A stretch of 18,814 nt of DNA from Candidatus Heimdallarchaeota archaeon (GTDB lineage Archaea; Asgardarchaeota; Heimdallarchaeia; Heimdallarchaeales; Heimdallarchaeaceae), in NCBI GenBank assembly GCA_023139025.1, contig JAGLOH010000006.1, forward strand, positions 1 through 18,814, read 5' to 3'. The notes under the pieces were generated by a model, which made no database searches, had not been told where the DNA came from, and worked only from the letters and a program-made list of their open reading frames with translations. This document shows positions 8,217-18,814 of the stretch, piece by piece. Both the position numbers and the translations under genes were made by a program. How positions within the stretch are numbered: the first letter of the stretch is position 1; each line of letters starts with the position of its first letter.

Positions 8217-8678
8217 ATGCTCATGCCTGGAGAAAACGTACGAACTGGTTGGTTTTTCAGAGATACAGGGCCTCCTAACGATAATTCCTATTATGAAAAT
8301 ATGACTCGATGTGTATTCCAAGCAGGTTTAAGCTGGCAGCTTATTTCTGATAGGTGGCCTAATTTCAAAAAAGCTTTCAAAGATTTCAACATAGAAGAAG
8401 TGAGTAAATTTGATGAAGACGATATTGGAAGACTATTACAAGATTCAGGAATAATTAGAAATAGAGCTAAGATTGAATCAGCTATTATCAATGCAATGGT
8501 CTTTTCAGAGATTAAGGAAGAGTATGGATCCTTCAGAGATTTCATGGATAATTTAGATGCATCAGAGAATTACAAGCATGTCAAAAAAGAGCTATCAAAA
8601 CGTTTTGAACGAATGGGGCCTAAAACATCTATGATATTTTTGTATAGTATTGGTGAAAATATAAAACATGAAGGTTAG
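8217..8678 (+). CDS. tag: DNA-3-methyladenine glycosylase I (Tag)-like HhH protein, short divergent form
   Basis: FQAGLSWQLISDRWPNFKKAF.DFN...V..FDEDDIGRLLQDSGIIRNRAKIESAIINA matches the Adenine_glyco core (QAGLSW...IIRNR.KI). The N-terminal YHD.EWG motif and the zinc-snap ligands are not evident. Confidence 0.7.
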   Translation: MLMPGENVRTGWFFRDTGPPNDNSYYENMTRCVFQAGLSWQLISDRWPNFKKAFKDFNIEEVSKFDEDDIGRLLQDSGIIRNRAKIESAIINAMVFSEIKEEYGSFRDFMDNLDASENYKHVKKELSKRFERMGPKTSMIFLYSIGENIKHEG

Positions 8679-8700
8679 TGATTAAAAATTATTATTTTCG

Positions 8701-9078
8701 TTAAGCTAAGAATACTAAAAATACAAAATCTATTATCACTAAAACAAATGTTAGAACTGCTGATATAACTAATACAATTAGTAACATTTTGTACTTCTTT
8801 TTACCATAAATTCCGATAGCATTAACGATTGCATATAGTATTAGCCCCATAGCAAATAAGAATAGATAAAGCCCCCAAGTTAATTGTAAGATTAATGCTA
8901 TCCCCCCTACTATGGCTAATATAGACATAATAAGTTCAGCAGCAATATGAAACAATCTTTCAAATGGATGTTCTATAAATTGAATCCCTTGTTTTCTAAG
9001 TAGTACTATGATCCAGAGTAAAGCCGTGATAGTACCGGCACTAATTGAAAATATACCTGAGATTATTTCTAAAAACAT
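8701..9078 (-). CDS. Hypothetical small membrane protein (4 TM)
   Basis: 125-aa ORF that is almost entirely hydrophobic helices. TATA-like ttataaca sits about 25 nt upstream of the ATG, so the transcript may be leaderless. No family recognised. Confidence 0.5.
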   Translation of the reverse strand: MFLEIISGIFSISAGTITALLWIIVLLRKQGIQFIEHPFERLFHIAAELIMSILAIVGGIALILQLTWGLYLFLFAMGLILYAIVNAIGIYGKKKYKMLLIVLVISAVLTFVLVIIDFVFLVFLA

Positions 9079-9169
9079 AATTATTTTTTTTATTACTATG
9101 TTATAATGTTTTCTTAAAGTTTGTAGTAGCTAGAGAATCTTCTCTAAATAGGATTTTGATGTTTAGTAT

Positions 9170-9197
9170 AAAAGAAAAAGAGGAAAAAGAAAAAATA
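9170..9197 (-). terminator. Oligo-T terminator region after the last gene of the nuo-like operon
   Basis: The minus strand reads tctattttttctttttcctctttttctttt immediately after TAG stop 9200-9202, giving T6, T5 and T5 runs. Confidence 0.45.
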
Positions 9198-9199
9198 GA

Positions 9200-10714
9200 C
9201 TAAACTATAAGTGCTATTTTACTCACAATTAATTCTGGCCATAAGCCAAGAACTATTAGAACAACTGCAATTATAGCTAAAGCTAATTTTTCGAATATTG
9301 GTATTTTTATTTTGCCTGTATCTTCAGCGTCTGGTTCATCGAAGAGCATTTTCTTTAGAATATATAGATATCCTCCTAAAGCAAGTAAGGAGTTGATGAT
9401 AGCCATAATGACCAACAAAATGCTGTTAATGAACATCAGAGGATTGACGGCGTTGGCACCACCATTGAAAGTAGCAAGAATTACCATTAGTTTTGATGCA
9501 AAACCAGCTGTTATAGGAATACCTCCTAAGGATAACAAACCTATTGTTAGGACTGCACCTATAAAGGGTGATTTTCTTCCTATACCTTTCATATCTCTGA
9601 GATCTCTTGATCCAAGTGTTGTAATTAGAACTCCACTGAGCAAGAACAGACCGCCTTTACCTAGAGCGTGGGTAAGTATGTGGAATACTGATGCTTGAAC
9701 TCCTAAATTGCCAGGGGCTAGAGAACCAATTCCGAGTATGATGTAACCAAGGTGTACAGTGGTCGAATATGCTAAGATTCTCTTGAAATCTACAATATCT
9801 TTACGCTTGAATTGAGAGAACACTAAGTAATTCCCTTCAATCATAGTTAAGATACCTAACCAAGAGATAACAGCTCCGGCACCAGCACTTAATACATCAG
9901 GAGTATATGCGAAGTATAAGGTTCTATAGATACCTATTGCACCAGCTTTAACAACGATTCCAGAAAGTAGTGCGGAAATAGTTGAAGGAGCTGAGCTGTG
10001 AGCATCTGGTAACCAAGCGTTCAAGAATAGCATAGCAGCTGTTACTGCAAAGCCTGTTATGAACAGAGCGATTATTATTGCGGCTATAGCTGATGTACCA
10101 CTAGCTTGTACTGCTATTGAAACGAGTTCAAAGTTTACTGAACCATAGAAACCGTATGTCAAAGCAGTAGCTAATAAAACTAACATACTTCCAGCAGTTG
10201 ACATGATAAAGTATTTCATCGACGCTTCTACTGCACCTCTTTTTGCTCTCTCAAAAGCTACAAGCACATAACCACTTAGTGCAAACAGCTCCCATCCAAC
10301 AAATAGTGTGATGAAATTGTTTGCCATAGTTACAGTACTTAAACCAGTGAGCAAAGTGAAGATTAATGCATAATAGTAACCAAGTCCATTTTTACCTTTC
10401 ATGTAGTTAACGCTGAATAGTACTACCATCCAGACAAGGAAGCTGAATATTGTGATTAGCACTGCTTCAAGTTGTCCAAACCTTAGTAAATCTCCTGTTG
10501 TACTAGCAATGTAGTCTCTAAACGCAGGCACATAAGCTGAAATAAATCCTAGAACAAAGACGCTAAATGCAATTATGTTAGCTAAAGCATGATTAACACA
10601 ATCAGCTTTTATCTTTATTTTGATTAAGAATTTCTTCAGTTGCTCAAATAGTGACAAGAGTATAGCAGCAGCAATTGGTATAATCAAGATTAAGGATAGA
10701 TATGTGTTCAACAT
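9200..10714 (-). CDS. nuoN: Complex I antiporter-like subunit (NuoN/NuoM/MrpD family, Proton_antipo_M)
   Basis: 504 aa and about 14 TM. TM5 motif LFVGWELFALSGY, WLPDAHSSAPSTISALLSG..VKAG, AYSTTVHLGYIILG, and GGIPITAGFASK. The start ATG overlaps the nuoL stop (TAATG). Confidence 0.85.
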   Translation of the reverse strand: MLNTYLSLILIIPIAAAILLSLFEQLKKFLIKIKIKADCVNHALANIIAFSVFVLGFISAYVPAFRDYIASTTGDLLRFGQLEAVLITIFSFLVWMVVLFSVNYMKGKNGLGYYYALIFTLLTGLSTVTMANNFITLFVGWELFALSGYVLVAFERAKRGAVEASMKYFIMSTAGSMLVLLATALTYGFYGSVNFELVSIAVQASGTSAIAAIIIALFITGFAVTAAMLFLNAWLPDAHSSAPSTISALLSGIVVKAGAIGIYRTLYFAYTPDVLSAGAGAVISWLGILTMIEGNYLVFSQFKRKDIVDFKRILAYSTTVHLGYIILGIGSLAPGNLGVQASVFHILTHALGKGGLFLLSGVLITTLGSRDLRDMKGIGRKSPFIGAVLTIGLLSLGGIPITAGFASKLMVILATFNGGANAVNPLMFINSILLVIMAIINSLLALGGYLYILKKMLFDEPDAEDTGKIKIPIFEKLALAIIAVVLIVLGLWPELIVSKIALIV

Positions 10715-12549
10715 TAGACCATCACCACCAACAAAGTAGCAACAACAATAAATATCGCTACCACTGATCCAAAGATCATGTTCCAGTTTATCTTACCAGT
10801 CTTGAAGAATGATAATTTTTGACCAATCCAGAAGACAGGCTTGACAAACACTAAGTTGTACAAGTGATCAATATAGAATCCGTTTGCTACAAAAGTTCTC
10901 AGAGCTTTGAAGACATTGATTTTTTCTACAAAACCTACTTCTGTTTGTCCTTTACCATAGAACAGATAAGCTAATCCTAACCCAAGAATGATTGCACCTA
11001 TTGCACATAAGAATGGCACAAGTACTACGTGAATTAGGCTATATCCTGTATCTCCTGAAAAGAAGTTACTAGCTGGACCTTCAATTATGAAACCTGTAGC
11101 TACTACTAGAACTGCTAATATAGCCAGAACAATTCTCATGATATACTTTGGTTTGTGCACACGAGCTCCTCGGTTCTTGCCATGGAATATCATCAAAAAC
11201 ATTCTTGCAGCATATAAAGTTGTTAAGAATGCTACTAAAATACCTACGATGAAAGTAAACCAATGCATTGAGGCACCATCGATTGCCGCTGCTTCATATG
11301 CAGCTGTTATTATCATTTCTTTGGAATAACCACCATTTGTGATAATTGGAATACCAATTAAACCGAGAACACCAACCATCATGAATCCGTAAACCCAAGG
11401 TAGGTCTTTTTTCAAACCACCCATTTTCTTCATATCTCTTTCTTCTGCAATAGAATGAATTATTGCACCTGCTGACAAGAACAGTAGGGCTTTGAAGATT
11501 GAGTGAGATAATAAGTGCATCTGACCAGGTATTAGTCCAGTTCCATGATCCTCTCTTATTGTAAAGGCTAAGAACATATAGCTGAGCTGTGAGATTGTGC
11601 TGTATGCAAGAACTCTTTTCAGATCCGTCGTAACCAATGCACCAAATGCAGCAGCTACGCAAGAAACTCCAGCTATTATCATTAGTGCAATGTAGAAGAA
11701 TTCGCTATCCCAGATGGGTGAGAATCTTGCTACTAGGTAGATACCAGCCTTAACCATTGTTGCAGCGTGTATTAATGCTGAAACTGTAGTTGGACCTTGC
11801 ATTGCATCTATATCAACTGTATCTCCTGCACTCAACCATGATTGTAATGGAAATTGTGCAGATTTTGTTATCGGAGCTAAGAGTAATAGAATACTCATAA
11901 CAATTGGATAAGTTCCTCCAAGTGGTGTTGTTGTGTCTATGATTAATGGATTAGTTAAACCTAGTTTTTTGTTTTCGTAATACATCCAAGCTAAGAATGC
12001 TAAGAGACCAACATCTCCAATTCCTGTCATGATAAGAGCTTTAATTCCACTCTTTGCTGGTTTTTCTCCTGCTTCACCTTTCTTCATGAAGAAGTGTCCG
12101 ATTAGGAAACAAGAACAAAGTCCTACAATTTCCCAGCCAAGGAATAAGAATACCATGTCATGAGCAAGAACTAGTAAAAGCATACCTCCAACGAACATTT
12201 GAATGAAGAACCAATATCTTGCTTTGTGTTTGTCTTCTTTCATGTATTCTATAGAGAAGAATGCAATTAACATACTCAAAATTGATACAATTAGCACCAT
12301 TAAGACAGATAATGAATCCAAGTATATTCCTGATTTATTATCTCCCCAATTCATCCAATTTAAGAGATAGGTAGTTTCTCCTTTATAAGTACCAAATATC
12401 AAAATTGACATTATTGCTGATACTGCTATTGTAGATACGCTGAAGAAGTCTCTAACTGTTGGTAATTTCTTCAATAGTAATGATAGAAAAGAACCAATAA
12501 TTGGAACTACTACAGAAATTATTGCAAATAGTATTATTGTTTGTACCAT
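10714..12549 (-). CDS. nuoL: Complex I subunit L-like (NuoL/MrpA-N family) with a C-terminal lateral-helix region
   Basis: LFLGWEIVGLCSCFLIG, TKSAQFPLQSWL, GPTTVSALIHAATMVKAGIYLVAR, AYSTISQLSYM, and the C-terminal NGFYIDHLYNLVFVKP motif followed by a final TM. The track ORF starts at GTG 12558. I prefer ATG 12549, which is preceded by GAGGTGAT. Confidence 0.9.
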   Translation of the reverse strand: MVQTIILFAIISVVVPIIGSFLSLLLKKLPTVRDFFSVSTIAVSAIMSILIFGTYKGETTYLLNWMNWGDNKSGIYLDSLSVLMVLIVSILSMLIAFFSIEYMKEDKHKARYWFFIQMFVGGMLLLVLAHDMVFLFLGWEIVGLCSCFLIGHFFMKKGEAGEKPAKSGIKALIMTGIGDVGLLAFLAWMYYENKKLGLTNPLIIDTTTPLGGTYPIVMSILLLLAPITKSAQFPLQSWLSAGDTVDIDAMQGPTTVSALIHAATMVKAGIYLVARFSPIWDSEFFYIALMIIAGVSCVAAAFGALVTTDLKRVLAYSTISQLSYMFLAFTIREDHGTGLIPGQMHLLSHSIFKALLFLSAGAIIHSIAEERDMKKMGGLKKDLPWVYGFMMVGVLGLIGIPIITNGGYSKEMIITAAYEAAAIDGASMHWFTFIVGILVAFLTTLYAARMFLMIFHGKNRGARVHKPKYIMRIVLAILAVLVVATGFIIEGPASNFFSGDTGYSLIHVVLVPFLCAIGAIILGLGLAYLFYGKGQTEVGFVEKINVFKALRTFVANGFYIDHLYNLVFVKPVFWIGQKLSFFKTGKINWNMIFGSVVAIFIVVATLLVVMV

Positions 12550-12554
12550 TTTTA

Positions 12555-12869
12555 TCACCTCTTCAATGTAGCCATCTCATCTGTATCCACGCTATGGGCA
12601 TGGCGATAATTATTGATGGCTATTGCTAAACCTACAGCCAATACAGCTGCACCAATAGCGATTGAAATCAAAGGAAAGATCTGTGCAAACCTTGTAAAAG
12701 TTGCATTAGCAATGTTGGCTCCCAAAGCAATAAATACAACATTTATAGCTATTGTCATTATTTCAATACCCATAAGAATCTTGATGAGATTTCTTTTTCC
12801 AAGTAATGCATACAAGCCTACACCAAATAAGACGAGGCCTAGAATCAGTAAATGTAATTGTTCTATCAT
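12555..12869 (-). CDS. nuoK: Complex I subunit K-like (NuoK/MrpC family)
   Basis: 104 aa and 3 TM. LGLVLFGVGLYALLGKRNLIKILMGIEIMTIAINV closely parallels the NuoK motif LF..G..G...RRN.....L.G.E.M.NA. The start overlaps the nuoJ stop (ATGA), and an AAGGAGGAG Shine-Dalgarno sequence lies upstream. Confidence 0.85.
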   Translation of the reverse strand: MIEQLHLLILGLVLFGVGLYALLGKRNLIKILMGIEIMTIAINVVFIALGANIANATFTRFAQIFPLISIAIGAAVLAVGLAIAINNYRHAHSVDTDEMATLKR

Positions 12870-13365
12870 GCTTTTGTCTCCTCCTTGTGTTTCTTCTTAT
12901 GATGAATAAACAATGATCCAATGCCTATAGATGTTGCAAAGAACACAACAGCTTGCAGTATCAAATCAGTTAATCTTTCTGTCCATAGAGCACGTAAGGA
13001 TTCACCTATGGTGCTTGTTCCGAATGTAATGCTAAGATCTGAAGCTATTACTCCCCAAATTGCTATCCCCATTAGAATAGCTACAATGGCAAGTGCGATT
13101 ACAGATCTCTTCCAGTCAAATGATTCATCTCTCTGTTTTTCTGTTAAAGCTACAACCACAACAAATAGTGCTGTAAAACCACCACCATATACTATGAGTT
13201 GTATCCACGCTAGAAACATAGCGTTAAGTGCCAGTAACAATACCCAGAGAAATAGATTCATAGCTATCAAACCAATTATAGAAAACATTAGTCGTCTGCA
13301 TTCCAGTGCAAAGATTGCTGCTAGAATCGCTAGAATCATGAATATATATATGATTACTAAACTCA

Positions 13366-13366
<1 letters not shown>
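12866..13366 (-). CDS. nuoJ: Complex I subunit J-like (NuoJ)
   Basis: 166 aa and about 5 TM. FLAWIQLIVYGGGFTALFVVVVAL resembles the NuoJ motif AEFLA..QV.VY.GA..VLFLFV.M. A GGAGG Shine-Dalgarno sequence lies upstream, and the start overlaps the preceding stop (TAATG). Confidence 0.75.
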
Positions 13367-14847
<1,481 letters not shown>

Positions 14848-14891
14848 ACCCTAATTCAAATAGGGTTATCAGTCGCGACATTGATAGTGAT

Positions 14892-14926
<35 letters not shown>

Positions 14927-14930
14927 AGGG

Positions 14931-14964
14931 AAAAAACATCGACAAAACACCTCTTAATTGAGGT
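14931..14964 (-). terminator. Hairpin plus T-tract terminator downstream of hypF
   Basis: On the minus strand, ACCTC-AATTAA-GAGGT (a perfect 5-bp stem, 14949-14964) is followed by gttttgtcgatgtttttt. It lies about 30 nt after hypF stop 14995-14997. Confidence 0.45.
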
Positions 14965-14994
14965 AATTAAAATATGCTAAAAAAACTGATTTTG

Positions 14995-18457
<3,463 letters not shown>

Positions 18458-18458
18458 T

Positions 18459-18542
<84 letters not shown>

Positions 18543-18561
18543 CGACTAATTCTATAATCTT

Positions 18562-18605
<44 letters not shown>

Positions 18606-18615
18606 TAACTCACAT

Positions 18616-18814
<199 letters not shown>

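Overview
AT-rich (about one-third GC by eye) prokaryotic chromosomal segment, most likely archaeal. Support for archaeal origin: a 5S-like RNA with the archaeal/eukaryal-type GGTACTG...GGGAA 3' domain, oligo-T terminators, TATA-like boxes about 25-30 nt upstream of several starts, and a C-terminally anchored protein rich in N-glycosylation sequons. Gene content, left to right: (1) an ABC exporter (minus strand) broken by one in-frame TAA just after Walker A; (2) upp plus a tightly linked 6-TM membrane protein; (3) an Est-type alpha/beta hydrolase; (4) a tandem-GNAT acetyltransferase; (5) a DEDDh exonuclease fused to a nucleoside-2-deoxyribosyltransferase-like domain; (6) a DUF1684 protein; (7) a putative surface glycoprotein; (8) a short Tag-like glycosylase; (9) a small membrane protein; (10) a translationally coupled six-gene operon encoding only complex-I-type membrane-arm subunits (H-A-J-K-L-N order, with no B/C/D/I and only two antiporter-like subunits), directly downstream of hypE-hypF; (11) tRNA-Ser(GCU); (12) a 5S rRNA-like element followed after 4 nt by a second 5S 5' end at the window edge. 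I saw no CRISPR array, transposase, integrase or recognisable defence gene. The items most worth follow-up are the stand-alone membrane-arm operon with several substituted canonical charged residues, the exonuclease-NDT-like fusion, and the odd 5S arrangement. All homology calls come from motif recognition by eye, not from database searches.
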